Shown here piece by piece: positions 9,557 through 18,971 of a stretch of 64,000 bases of DNA; the first letter of the stretch is position 1, and each line of letters begins with the position of its first letter. Origin of the DNA: a virus; the IMG/VR virus record IMGVR_UViG_3300004481_000271, positions 32,001 through 96,000 of that record, one strand, 5' to 3'. The notes under the pieces were generated by a model. It had not been told where the DNA came from. It worked only from the letters and a program-made list of their open reading frames with translations, and made no database searches. Made by a program: the position numbers and the translations under genes.

Positions 9557-9966
9557 GCACTCACGAGCTCGAGCCGGAAGGCGAGCGTGTTAGTCGGTCC
9601 CCCGGTCGCGGCGACCGTGGGGATCGCGATGTCTCGGAGCTCGAGCTCGCGGAGCTCGGCGCGGAGCCTCCGGGTGTAGCGGGCGGTCCCGTTCAGCCGG
9701 ACGGAGAGCTCCCATTCCAGAGCGGGAGACGTCGGGAGCGTGAGCGGGAGCCGGATGTTGACGTCGACGCGGGCGAGGGCGGCCTGGGCGGCGAAGTCGA
9801 TCGAGCCCTGGGAGACCTCGACGAAGTCCCCGACGTTGAAGTTGCCGTCCTCGAGGTTCTCGTTCCCGAGCTCGAAGACGTAGCCCCCGGCCGGAGCGTC
9901 GCCGGCGGCCGGAGCGATCCGCCCGTGCTCGCCCCCGAGGTCCCGCTGGAAGGGGGAGAGCGGCAT
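9553..9966 (-). CDS. hypothetical virion protein
   Basis: Translationally coupled ORF inside the baseplate operon, typical codon use. Confidence 0.65.
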   Translation of the reverse strand: MPLSPFQRDLGGEHGRIAPAAGDAPAGGYVFELGNENLEDGNFNVGDFVEVSQGSIDFAAQAALARVDVNIRLPLTLPTSPALEWELSVRLNGTARYTRRLRAELRELELRDIAIPTVAATGGPTNTLAFRLELVSA

Positions 9967-10694
9967 CAGAGCTGCCTCGCGACCTCGAGGTGATCGAAGA
10001 AGCCCCTCCGCGTGACGTCCTCGACCCGGAAGGCAAAGCCCGCCCGGCCGGAGGTGTAGGGCGCGGAGCCCGTGTTGACCCCGAGGGCGTCGTCGACGAA
10101 GCCCTCGATCGAGGGGTACTGGGGCCCTTCCATCCCGGTGATCCGCTCCCAGACCGGGGAGGAGACGGGGTTGACGTCGAGGTCGTTCGCGAAGACCTGG
10201 AGAAGGACGTCGCCGGATCCCTGGCGGACCATGTCGAGCCGAAGGTGAAGCCAGGTGTCATTCTCGAAGGTCTCCGTCGACCGCATGAGGACCGAGGTCG
10301 AAGGAGGGTTCGGCGCGAGGTCGGGAAGCCCGCCGACGACCGCCCCCTTCCGGAGGACGATGTGACCCGGCTCGTCGTCCCCGATCCCGAGGAGGTACCC
10401 CAGATCGTTGACGCTCGGTCCCTGTAGCCCGATGAAGAGGAAGGGAGCGAAGCCGGTTGTCCCTCCCGAGGGAGCTCGCTTCAGAGCTCCGCGAACCGAA
10501 CCGCCATTCGCCATCGGTGCGAAGTTGACGAGGTTCGCGAAGAGCCCGACGGCCCCGTCGACGACGGCCTTCGAGTTGAAGCCGTAGACGAAGGACCCGC
10601 CCCCGTTCGGCTTGTCGACCCCGGCGGTGACTCCGCGGGCGACGCTCGCGGAGCCAAGGGAATCGGTCAAGAGGGTCCAATCTGTTTCAGCCAT
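9966..10694 (-). CDS. hypothetical virion protein (beta-sandwich/lectin-like)
   Basis: ATG at 10694 with GGAGG RBS. WLHLRLD...GRAGFAF beta-rich pattern. Confidence 0.7.
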   Translation of the reverse strand: MAETDWTLLTDSLGSASVARGVTAGVDKPNGGGSFVYGFNSKAVVDGAVGLFANLVNFAPMANGGSVRGALKRAPSGGTTGFAPFLFIGLQGPSVNDLGYLLGIGDDEPGHIVLRKGAVVGGLPDLAPNPPSTSVLMRSTETFENDTWLHLRLDMVRQGSGDVLLQVFANDLDVNPVSSPVWERITGMEGPQYPSIEGFVDDALGVNTGSAPYTSGRAGFAFRVEDVTRRGFFDHLEVARQL

Positions 10695-10728
10695 GAATAG
10701 TCCCTCCGGTTGTGATACACTTCCGGAT

Positions 10729-11259
10729 GTGAGAACCGCGCGGTACGAAGATGTTCGAGACGCCATAGACGAAGGACGCCTTCGAGTCGATCTGTCGACC
10801 GGACTTGTCGAAGGAAGGCGCCTCGACGCGAAGGCGCAATGGAGACCGAAGAAGCTCGAACCCGTCGCGTCCCCCGGTCAGCTCCCCTACTACCGCGTGA
10901 CCTTCACGACGAGCAAAGGACGCTTTCGGTGTCTCGTTCACCGCGTTGTTTGGTTTGCCGGCCGAGGAGCCATCCCGAACGACCTCACCGTCGATCACGG
11001 GAACTTCGATCGGGGCGACAATCGGCTCGAGAACCTCGCGCTCGTAACCCCCGCGGAGAACACTCGGCGCGCCGTCGAAGCCGGCCGGCTTGATCTCCAC
11101 TCCCCGAAGAATTGGAGCTTGACCGAGGAGCAAGTCCGAGCGATCCGTCGGCGCCTCGCGGACGGCTCCTCCCAGCGAGAGGTCGCTCGCGAGCTCGAGA
11201 CGAGCCCGAACGTCGTCAACCGAGTTGCTCGGCGTCGAACGTACCGCTCGGTTGTGTAG
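10729..11259 (+). CDS. free-standing HNH homing endonuclease with C-terminal HTH
   Basis: VHRVVW...VDHGNFDRGDNRLENLALVTPAEN, then LTEEQVRAIR...QREVARELETS. Antisense to the tail operon. Confidence 0.9.
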   Translation: MRTARYEDVRDAIDEGRLRVDLSTGLVEGRRLDAKAQWRPKKLEPVASPGQLPYYRVTFTTSKGRFRCLVHRVVWFAGRGAIPNDLTVDHGNFDRGDNRLENLALVTPAENTRRAVEAGRLDLHSPKNWSLTEEQVRAIRRRLADGSSQREVARELETSPNVVNRVARRRTYRSVV

Positions 11260-11280
11260 CTCGCCGGCCATGGCGTGCCC

Positions 11281-12198
11281 CTACACTCCGACGAGCTCCT
11301 CCGTCCACCATCGGCGCGGATCGTGGCGGAGGTAGTGCTCGCCGAAGCCGTAATCGGTGACGTCGACGATCGGACTCGTCGGCGTCGCCGAAAGTTGGAA
11401 GGTGTCCGCGGCGACGTTGCGGACGTAGTAGGGCGTCGAGAGGATTCCCTCCGGCCGGCGCCCGGTGTCATTCCCGATCGTGATGATCCAGAGGTTCGTC
11501 AGCCCGTGGGTGGCGAAGGTGAAGGTATCGGTCGCGGGGTTGACGTTGACCCCCGCAAGGTCGTAGCGGACCCCCTCGAAGGACTCGAAGCCGTCCTGGG
11601 TCGCGTCGTCCTGCCAGAAGGCGGCGAGCTCGAGCTCGGTCCCGACCCCGGTCGCGGGGAAACTCCAGTTGTACGGGTGACCCGTCCAGCCTTGCTCGAG
11701 GTCCTCCGCCCCGCCGGCCCCGCCGAAGTCGCCGAAGGAGAGCTCCGCCCCGTCGAAGCCAGGGTTCAGGACGGCGCCGGCCGGCCAGCCCTCCTCGAGG
11801 TCCTCGACGTCCTCGGGTCCTGTCGGCTCGAGAGCATCGAAGGAGCCCGCCTCGATCGGGACCGGGTCGAGGTCGTAGAGCCCTTGGGGCGCGGTCCCCC
11901 AGAGGGTCTCGAAGTCCTCGAAGGCGGTCGGGTCGCCGAAGCCGGCGAGGTCGTAGAAGGAAGGCTCGAGGTCTACGAAGTAGCCCTCGAAGGCGCCGAG
12001 GAGCCCCTCGGAGTAGCCGGCCGGCCATTCCCCCTCGAAGCCTTCCTGGGCGGAGGTCCTCGTCCCGGCGACGACAACCTCGACGGTGAACTCCGCGAAC
12101 TCCTGCCCGGTGTAGGACTCGGCGACCGTCCAGCCGTCGGCGGCGCCGGGTTGTGTCCCCGCAGCCTGGGTCTCGAAGCTCCCGTTCGCGATCGTCAT
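11281..12198 (-). CDS. acidic virion protein
   Basis: IANGSFE start, repeated EDFE/EDLExGW motifs, coupled to baseplate J. Confidence 0.7.
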   Translation of the reverse strand: MTIANGSFETQAAGTQPGAADGWTVAESYTGQEFAEFTVEVVVAGTRTSAQEGFEGEWPAGYSEGLLGAFEGYFVDLEPSFYDLAGFGDPTAFEDFETLWGTAPQGLYDLDPVPIEAGSFDALEPTGPEDVEDLEEGWPAGAVLNPGFDGAELSFGDFGGAGGAEDLEQGWTGHPYNWSFPATGVGTELELAAFWQDDATQDGFESFEGVRYDLAGVNVNPATDTFTFATHGLTNLWIITIGNDTGRRPEGILSTPYYVRNVAADTFQLSATPTSPIVDVTDYGFGEHYLRHDPRRWWTEELVGV

Positions 12199-13712
12199 GC
12201 GAGCGGCGCCCCCGTGTCACCGTCGAGGAGGGTCACCGTCCCGAGGGTCGGGAACTCTTGCGTCGCGACCTCGACGTCGAACCTCTCCCCGTTCAGGAGG
12301 AAGGCGCCGAGGGAGTCGTCGATCTTCCGGACACCGGAGACGTCGCGGACGACGTTGAAGACGTCCGACCACGCGATCTCATTCGCCGGAGCTCCGCTCG
12401 CCGTCTTGAGGTTGAAGCCGAAGTCGACGGTCGGGTTCGGGGAGCCGTCCTCGAGCTCGATCGCGAAGTAGTCCTCGAGGGCCTCGCGGATTCGCGCGTC
12501 GACGACGGACGCGGTCTCGCCCTCCTCGAGGTAGACCGTCGCCTGGACGTCGATCGTCAGGTACTCGGGATCGCGGACGTCGACGAGGAAGGTCAGGGTG
12601 TTCGGATAGGTCTCGGTGACCATGGTCAGGACGGCGGCCTTCAACGTCGACGTCGGAAACCCCCCGCCCGTCGGGATGACGTGCAAGTGCCCGGCGTTCT
12701 CGTCGATCTCCGTCCGCTCGTTGCTCGTGAGCATGAGAGCTCGAGAGACCCCAGGGACCCGCTTCGCGTTGATCTCGTAATCCTCGCGGGCGACCGTTCG
12801 GTTCAGAACGCGGATCGACTCGGGAGCGTACACTCGGATCTGCTCGATCGACTCCCGGTTCTGTCCCCCGCTCGCCGGCGACGGATTCGAGACGGTGACG
12901 ACCTGGGGGTTGCCGAAGGTGTCGGCGTAGGTCCGATCGCTCTTCGAGATCGCGAGGGCCTCGACGTTTCCAGCGGTCCCGCCCCCGGTTCTGTAGTCAA
13001 CGTCGATCGACCCCTGGGGGATCGCCCCGTTGATCCCGTTCCCAAAGCGGATCGTCGCCCGGTCGTTTTCGTCGACCGTGACCGTGAAGTGCCGATCGCT
13101 CGAGGTCGAGGAGAGGAAGTCGTCGACCTGGGAGTAGGTTCCATCGCCGGCGGTGACGTCTGCCGTCGCGTCGAGGTAGGGCGAATCGGAGAGGAGGAAC
13201 TCCTGATTCGGGAGCCCCGTCGAGGTGAAGGTCTCGGTCGCGTCGAGGGAGTTTTGAACCGTGACGATCGCGGTCGGAGGGTCGGTCCCGGCGGTGATCG
13301 TGACGTCGGCGTCGATGACCTGGAAGACGATCGGGTCGGTGATCTCGAGCGTCCGGAAGGTGTCCCCGATCGCGAAGGTCACGTCCCCGACCGGCGGAGC
13401 TCCGAGGGTCACGACGAGCTCGGCCGTCGAGGCGATCGCACCGTCCGGGGTGTAGCCGAGGAGCTTCGCGAGCCCGAGGAGGGACTTCCGGAGCTGGGCG
13501 GTCGTGATCCTCGACTCCCGCGATTGGTTGTCCTGGTAGAAGAGGAGGACGTCCCCGACGTGGGCGTTCAGCTCGAGGAGGATGTTCCCGAAGTTGGCGA
13601 CGTTGAAGTCGGTCCATTCGGGGAAGGCCCCCCGGACGAGATTGATCAACCGAGCCCGGAGGGAGTCGAAGTCCTTGTCGGTGTAGTCGACCGATGCCCC
13701 GAGGAGTGCCAT
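12195..13712 (-). CDS. baseplate J/gp47-like wedge protein
   Basis: DYTDKDFDSL, PEWTDFN, IRFGNGING, GGxxGNV, RTVAREDYE...VPGV. Confidence 0.93.
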   Translation of the reverse strand: MALLGASVDYTDKDFDSLRARLINLVRGAFPEWTDFNVANFGNILLELNAHVGDVLLFYQDNQSRESRITTAQLRKSLLGLAKLLGYTPDGAIASTAELVVTLGAPPVGDVTFAIGDTFRTLEITDPIVFQVIDADVTITAGTDPPTAIVTVQNSLDATETFTSTGLPNQEFLLSDSPYLDATADVTAGDGTYSQVDDFLSSTSSDRHFTVTVDENDRATIRFGNGINGAIPQGSIDVDYRTGGGTAGNVEALAISKSDRTYADTFGNPQVVTVSNPSPASGGQNRESIEQIRVYAPESIRVLNRTVAREDYEINAKRVPGVSRALMLTSNERTEIDENAGHLHVIPTGGGFPTSTLKAAVLTMVTETYPNTLTFLVDVRDPEYLTIDVQATVYLEEGETASVVDARIREALEDYFAIELEDGSPNPTVDFGFNLKTASGAPANEIAWSDVFNVVRDVSGVRKIDDSLGAFLLNGERFDVEVATQEFPTLGTVTLLDGDTGAPLA

Positions 13713-13740
13713 CGGCCCGAGTCTACCGCGGGCGGGCGCG

Positions 13741-14259
13741 TTACTCCAGCGGGACGACGGCCTCGAGCCCTGGGAGGAGGACGGCGTTCCCGGCGGAGTT
13801 GCGGTCGACGAGGTCGAACCGGACCCGGATCGCGATCGCGACCTCGCCGAGTCCCTCGACCTCCTCGGAGTAGATCTCGACTCCGGTCACCCGGACGCGA
13901 GGCTCCCAGCGGACGAGAGCCTCGGCGATGTAGATCCTCGCGAGCTCGCGGGTCGTGTCGTCGTTTGGGGCGTGCCGGAGGAGGTAGAGCTTCGACCCGA
14001 ACTCGGTCCGCCAGGCAAGCTCGCCCTGGGAGAAGTCCGAGGCGGCCCTCGTTCCGAGAACCTGGCCGACGCAAGCGGTCACGAGCTTGACCCCGCCGGC
14101 GGCGGCCCAGTCGAGCTTCCGGTCCCGCCGGAAGGGGCGAAGGATACCGTAACCGAAGAGGTCGCCTCCCCCGATGAGCTTCGGCGAGGGCCCGACCTCC
14201 GTCGTCCTCGTCGTCGTGGGGAGTCCGCTCGAAACGGGGTATGAAGCATCCCGGCTCAT
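13741..14259 (-). CDS. GPW/gp25-family baseplate wedge protein
   Basis: GELAWRTEFGSKL...ALVRWEPRVRV. Confidence 0.9.
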   Translation of the reverse strand: MSRDASYPVSSGLPTTTRTTEVGPSPKLIGGGDLFGYGILRPFRRDRKLDWAAAGGVKLVTACVGQVLGTRAASDFSQGELAWRTEFGSKLYLLRHAPNDDTTRELARIYIAEALVRWEPRVRVTGVEIYSEEVEGLGEVAIAIRVRFDLVDRNSAGNAVLLPGLEAVVPLE

Positions 14260-14711
14260 GTTTCGAGATTACCAGACGGGTCGACGGCGAACACTCGGAC
14301 CGTGACCGTCGTCCCCGTCGGCCATCCTCCGGTCCGCCGGAGGGAGAAGCGGAAGCCGTTCGCGATCGCGGTGCGGGTCGAACGGGCGGCGTAGCGGGCG
14401 GTAAAGGCGGCCCCGTCGTGAGCGAGCTCCTGGTCGGCGGTCCTCGATAGGAAGGCGACGACGAGGACCCGCCCAAGCGTGCCGGAGTCGTCGGTGACGT
14501 CGAAGACGAGGGCATCCCCGGCTTCGATCTGGGTCCCCTCGAGCGGCGAGACGAAGGTCACGACAGGAGGAACCTCGTCGAAGAGCGGAACCTCCCGACA
14601 CGGCGGGATCGCGGCCGGAGTCATGTCGACGGCGACGAGTTGAACAAGCTCGCCGTCGTCGGGGATCTCGAGCGGAACGATGGTCACTACTTCGAGAGGA
14701 TAGTCGGCCAT
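14256..14711 (-). CDS. hypothetical virion protein (Ig-like)
   Basis: PPVVTFVSP...VRVFAVDPSGN Ig-like pattern. Confidence 0.65.
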   Translation of the reverse strand: MADYPLEVVTIVPLEIPDDGELVQLVAVDMTPAAIPPCREVPLFDEVPPVVTFVSPLEGTQIEAGDALVFDVTDDSGTLGRVLVVAFLSRTADQELAHDGAAFTARYAARSTRTAIANGFRFSLRRTGGWPTGTTVTVRVFAVDPSGNLET

Positions 14712-14713
14712 TG

Positions 14714-15706
14714 TCACACCACGAGAGGCGTCGAGGAACCATCCCAAAGATCGGCAATGAGAACTTCGTCGAGATAGAGATAGTTGTAGCTATCCCCGGT
14801 GTTCGGGTAGGCGCGAGGAACCCCGGGCGCGAAAACCCATCGGGAAACGCCAAGGTAGCCGGCGACGGTTTTCTCGACGGCAATCGCCGGGATCGCTCGT
14901 TCCTTCCCGTCGTACAAGTTGACCTTCCCATGAAGGGGAAAATACTGTGAGCCACCATAAGGAAAGTCGAGCTGAGTCCGAAGGAACGACTCGGCTCCTC
15001 CCCCGACGTCAGCCCATGTAAATCCGTCCGCAAGCGCCAAGACTGAAGGCGTCAGCGCGATATTTCCGAGGAACAATGCAAGGGGGCTTGCCTCTCCGGT
15101 TGCCACTTGGCGGAGGTCGTCGAGCTTGCCCCAACCGTTCAGGTTGTTCGGATTGATGACCTCCCCAATGAAGAACCCATATTCTCCCGCTGGTGATGGA
15201 GTATCGTCCGCGGCGACGTGCGTCACGTTGGCAGTCGTACCGGCAGCGAATACTGACTGGGGGTTATCCTTCGTTCCGGATACGTTGAACGTAGCTTCAT
15301 CGGTGGCACTCGGGAAGGTATCCGCGCTCCCTCCGGTGAACCCCGCCGCCCTGGAATAACCGCCCCACCAATAACCATCGACGTTGGAGTTTTTCGAGTT
15401 ATACCGCGTGAAGAGAATCTCGCGGTTTCCGTCCGGGTCCTGCATAACGAACCAGCATTTCGGGCCGCCGAGAGCCTCGAGTCCGACTCCGATTCCGACG
15501 TTCGCCGGCGGAGGGTGCGGGTCGCCCGGGTAGACGATGGAAGACCCCACGACGACGGATCCGAAGACGTCGGAGGTGGCATAGACCCCGTTCGTTCCGG
15601 ACCCGCTCGCCTTCACCGTCCATCCCGCGGCCTTGAGCGTTTCCTTGAGCCACCACATGCAGTGGTTTCCGCCGAAGCCGGTCTTGTTCAAGTTGCGATG
15701 GAGCAT
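14714..15706 (-). CDS. putative accessory tail/receptor-binding protein with atypically low GC
   Basis: LKETLKAAGWTV N-terminus. 3' two-thirds rich in A/T-ending codons. Confidence 0.6.
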   Translation of the reverse strand: MLHRNLNKTGFGGNHCMWWLKETLKAAGWTVKASGSGTNGVYATSDVFGSVVVGSSIVYPGDPHPPPANVGIGVGLEALGGPKCWFVMQDPDGNREILFTRYNSKNSNVDGYWWGGYSRAAGFTGGSADTFPSATDEATFNVSGTKDNPQSVFAAGTTANVTHVAADDTPSPAGEYGFFIGEVINPNNLNGWGKLDDLRQVATGEASPLALFLGNIALTPSVLALADGFTWADVGGGAESFLRTQLDFPYGGSQYFPLHGKVNLYDGKERAIPAIAVEKTVAGYLGVSRWVFAPGVPRAYPNTGDSYNYLYLDEVLIADLWDGSSTPLVV

Positions 15707-15774
15707 CCCGCCCTCCGTCGGCAAGCGTACCGCAAACCTCCCCCCAAGCCCAGCCCGTAGCGGCGCCAGAGGCA

Positions 15775-15841
15775 CCCCAGGACGTCCGGAAGCTCCGGAG
15801 GGTCCGACCTACCGCCTCGAGCTCCTCGGGCCGTCCTGGGG
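15775..15841. repeat. CCCCAGGACG-bounded inverted-repeat element (copy 1)
   Basis: CCCCAGGACG at 15775-15784 and CGTCCTGGGG at 15832-15841. 15775-15801 matches 29103-29129 at 26/27 nt. Confidence 0.6.
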
Positions 15842-15865
15842 CATTCTCGCGGGCGTCTCGAGGTC

Positions 15866-16573
15866 CTAGAGCGGGATCGCTGCCCGGACGAGCTCGAGGG
15901 CGTCGGCGATCGCTCGGACTTGCTCGGCGGCGGCCCCGATGTCGTCCCCGAGGTCGCCGAGGGTCGGGATCGGTGGCATCCCGGGAACGAGGGCCCCGAA
16001 GGTGTTCAGGAGCTCGATCATGGAGTCGACCGGCCCCGAGCTCGCTTGGAGATTCGCGAGCTGGGCGGCGAGGGTGTCGGAACCGCAAGCGGCGGCCTGG
16101 CGAAGGGCGTCGAGGTTCTCCGACTCGGCGATCTCGACCGCCCGCTGGATTCGGTCCTCGAAGGCGGCGAGGACCTCGAGGGTCTCGGCGACCCCGTCGA
16201 GGTAGGTCGCGACGACCCCTATCAAGTCGAGGACCATCGCGGGGACGGAGAGCTGGGGGACGAGGGCGGCGAGGTTGGAGACCTTCTCGACGAGCTCGTC
16301 GATCGCCTCGAAGAGGGCGGTCGGATCGGTGAGGATTCCGGGGACGGCGACGATCGCATCCTTGATCGCGATGACCGCCCCGATGATGTCGAAGATCGGG
16401 GAGAGCGGCGCCATGGCGGCGGTCGTTTGCGCCATGAGCTGTTGCGCGAGGGCGAGCGGCGGCGCGTCGATCCCGGGGAGCGAAGCGCAGACCCGCACGC
16501 CTCCCGGCATCCGGACGCAGAGCTCGTGGTTCCGAACCTGGACCTCGGGGCACTCGATCTCGACCGTGGGCAT
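15866..16573 (-). CDS. hypothetical helical protein downstream of the spike gene
   Basis: Full-length ORF with typical codon use in the tail operon. Confidence 0.75.
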   Translation of the reverse strand: MPTVEIECPEVQVRNHELCVRMPGGVRVCASLPGIDAPPLALAQQLMAQTTAAMAPLSPIFDIIGAVIAIKDAIVAVPGILTDPTALFEAIDELVEKVSNLAALVPQLSVPAMVLDLIGVVATYLDGVAETLEVLAAFEDRIQRAVEIAESENLDALRQAAACGSDTLAAQLANLQASSGPVDSMIELLNTFGALVPGMPPIPTLGDLGDDIGAAAEQVRAIADALELVRAAIPL

Positions 16574-16589
16574 CGGCGGCCCCCTTCCC

Positions 16590-17168
16590 CTAGATCGGCT
16601 CGGTCGACGGCGCGACCGGCCTCCCGTTGATCGTGACGTTCACCCCCTCGATCGCGACGGTCCCGATCGCGGCGATTCGGATCGACGAGGTCGCGGTGAT
16701 CGACATCTGTCGCGTGAGACCGTTCAGCTCGACCCCGTCGCCGGAGACCTTGTCGGAGAGGAGGAGCCCGGGGGTGTCGAGGGAGTCGTCGAGGACGACG
16801 AGCCAGCGGTCCGTCTCGAGGACCTTGACCTTCGGTGCGTCGGCCGGCGACTTCGCGGAGACGCGGGCGTTCAGCCCGGAGGTCCTCCGCGGAGCTCGGA
16901 AGCATCCCGGGATGTAGTGGACCTCGTCGACGTCCCCTTGATGGAACCAGACCGCGACCTCGGCGCCGACCTCGGGAACGAAGAAGAGCCCGAGGGAACC
17001 GGCGCCTCCGCCGACGTTCAGCGGGAGGGCCCATCCCGAGCTCGGCTCGAGAAGCCCGGGGACGCGAACCTTGACCCGTCCGACCTTCAACGGGTCGGCG
17101 TTGTCGGTCACGACCCCGCGGTAAAGGGCGGTGAAGCGCGGGTCACCGGCGCCGTCGTGCTCGTCCAT
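16590..17168 (-). CDS. baseplate assembly protein V / spike (gp5/VgrG OB domain)
   Basis: YRGVVTDNADPLKVGRVKVRVP...WALP...VPEVGAEVAVWFHQGD. Confidence 0.93.
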   Translation of the reverse strand: MDEHDGAGDPRFTALYRGVVTDNADPLKVGRVKVRVPGLLEPSSGWALPLNVGGGAGSLGLFFVPEVGAEVAVWFHQGDVDEVHYIPGCFRAPRRTSGLNARVSAKSPADAPKVKVLETDRWLVVLDDSLDTPGLLLSDKVSGDGVELNGLTRQMSITATSSIRIAAIGTVAIEGVNVTINGRPVAPSTEPI

Positions 17169-17169
17169 G

Positions 17170-18624
17170 TTAGGACCCTCCTCCCGAGCTCGGAGTCACG
17201 CCTCCGCCTCCCGAGCTCGCCCTCCGGCCCGGTTGCTCTCTCCTCGAGCTCCGCCTCGGGGGCGACCCCGTCGGCGGGGTGTAGACGACCTCGGTCCTCC
17301 TCGTCTCGGGGTCGACCCGCTCGATCCACTCGGCCGGCCGAGCGTCCCCGTCCCCGTCACGGGTCGCGGTATCCTGGTCTTCCCCATCTTGACGGTTCCG
17401 CCGGCCCCGGTTCGCCGGACCCCCGTCGAGGAGCTCGACCCCTCGAGCGGCCCTCGAGCTCGTCGAATGCCCGCCGTGCCCGTCGGAGATCGCCGAGACC
17501 TTCATCCGGTAGCCCCCGGAGTCGAGGGTGTGCTCGACCTCCTTGACGTAGTAGCGGATCGAGAGCCGTTGTCCGACCCCGTCGAGCTGGAAGACGGTCT
17601 TCGCGTAAAACTGGGGGTCCCCGATGACTTCCATGGAGAGCTTGACCGCCATCTGCCGATGGCGCCGAGCTCGAGCTCGAGCTTGACGGACGGCGGTCGT
17701 CGGCGAGGAAGTCGACGTCGGACGGACCTCGTCCTGGGCGACGTTCCCCTCGTGAGCGTCCGGCGGCCGGCCGAAGTCTGGGTTCCTCCGGGCGGCCCTC
17801 GTTTCGGGATCGATGAGCTCGAAGACCGGCGCGAGCCCCGTCTCCCCCGAGGCTCGGCTTCCGCCCTCGCCGGAGTCGCCGGCGACGTCCTCTCCCTCGA
17901 GGGGGTTCCGGCCGGCGGTCCGGACGCGGGCGGGCCTCGCGGTGATGTCGTTCTCGACGTTGATCGAGAGGATCTCCCCGACGGTCGGGTCGGTGTAGTA
18001 ACGGAAGCGCCGGACCGGTTGCTCGTCGGTTCGCCTCGGATGGAAGTGCAGCCCATCCCAATCAACGAAGAACTCGAAGCCCTCGTCGGTCGCGAGGCGG
18101 CGAAGAAACTGGGCGTCGGTCAAGCGAGCCTGGGAGATCGACGGGAGGACCTCCTCGGTGTCCTCGATCTCGACGTCCTCGAAGCCGTTCTCTTGGGCGA
18201 TCTGTCGGACGACGTCGGACCGCCGGAGGTTCTCGAAGAGCCTGGTCCGGACGATCCGGTTCATGGTGACGGACCGAGCGCGGGCCTCGATCGAGAGCTG
18301 TTGGAAGCCGGAGACCTTCGTGATGACGAGCTCCCGCGGCGTCGACATCCTCCCGGGGTAGCCCCAGGCGGCCCGGATGACGTTCCCCTTCTTCCAGAGG
18401 GGATCGTCGAAGTTGGAGAGGTCGAAGTTGTCGACCGTGAGCTTCATCGTGTCGGCGGCCCGCTCCGAGTCGGTGAAGGAGAAGGAGAGGACGCGGATCG
18501 AGTTGTCCGGCGCCGGCGTCCCCCGGCCGGCGGGGTCGACGAGGGCGAGGCGGTCCTCGCCGGACTCGGTCTCGACGGTGACCCAGAACTGCGGTTCGGT
18601 CCGGATGAAGGGTCGGACACTCAC
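17170..18624 (-). CDS. baseplate hub / late control D (gpD, gp27-like)
   Basis: FTDSERAADTMKLTVDN, QARLTDAQFLRRLA, YYVKEVEHTLDSGGY. Confidence 0.9.
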   Translation of the reverse strand: MSVRPFIRTEPQFWVTVETESGEDRLALVDPAGRGTPAPDNSIRVLSFSFTDSERAADTMKLTVDNFDLSNFDDPLWKKGNVIRAAWGYPGRMSTPRELVITKVSGFQQLSIEARARSVTMNRIVRTRLFENLRRSDVVRQIAQENGFEDVEIEDTEEVLPSISQARLTDAQFLRRLATDEGFEFFVDWDGLHFHPRRTDEQPVRRFRYYTDPTVGEILSINVENDITARPARVRTAGRNPLEGEDVAGDSGEGGSRASGETGLAPVFELIDPETRAARRNPDFGRPPDAHEGNVAQDEVRPTSTSSPTTAVRQARARARRHRQMAVKLSMEVIGDPQFYAKTVFQLDGVGQRLSIRYYVKEVEHTLDSGGYRMKVSAISDGHGGHSTSSRAARGVELLDGGPANRGRRNRQDGEDQDTATRDGDGDARPAEWIERVDPETRRTEVVYTPPTGSPPRRSSRREQPGRRASSGGGGVTPSSGGGS

Positions 18625-18968
18625 CCCGAGACCCTCCTCTCCTCCGAGAAGATCTTCTCCTCGACCGTCCGGAGGGAGGGGATCACGACGATCGAGCCAA
18701 CCGGGAGCTCGACGGTCGGGTCATGGATCGGCTGGGGTTGGAAGTCGGCGATGACCCACCATAGCCCGGACGGCCTCGGGAGCCCGCGGAAGTAGCGCCC
18801 GGCAAGGCTCCACAGGGTATCCCCGGCCCGGATGACGTGGGCCCGGTTGTCGGAGAGCTGGGCGAAGGGAAAGGGTTCTCGCTCGACGAGGAAGAGCTCC
18901 TTCTCGCCGAGGTCGTCGAAGCGGACGCCGGTCGTGTAGATGTACCGCGATCGGGCTCGAGGCGGCAT
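18621..18968 (-). CDS. LysM / tail protein X-like
   Basis: HVIRAGDTLWSLAGRYF...LWWVIADFQ. Confidence 0.9.
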   Translation of the reverse strand: MPPRARSRYIYTTGVRFDDLGEKELFLVEREPFPFAQLSDNRAHVIRAGDTLWSLAGRYFRGLPRPSGLWWVIADFQPQPIHDPTVELPVGSIVVIPSLRTVEEKIFSEERRVSG

Positions 18969-18971
18969 CGG

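Noticed and set aside
10695-11280. Group I intron around the HNH gene
   Set aside because: The HNH is antisense and fills nearly the whole gap, leaving no room for a ribozyme core. The flanking genes are intact ORFs.
5825-15706. Diversity-generating retroelement acting on tail genes
   Set aside because: No reverse transcriptase and no TR/VR repeat pair seen in the window.
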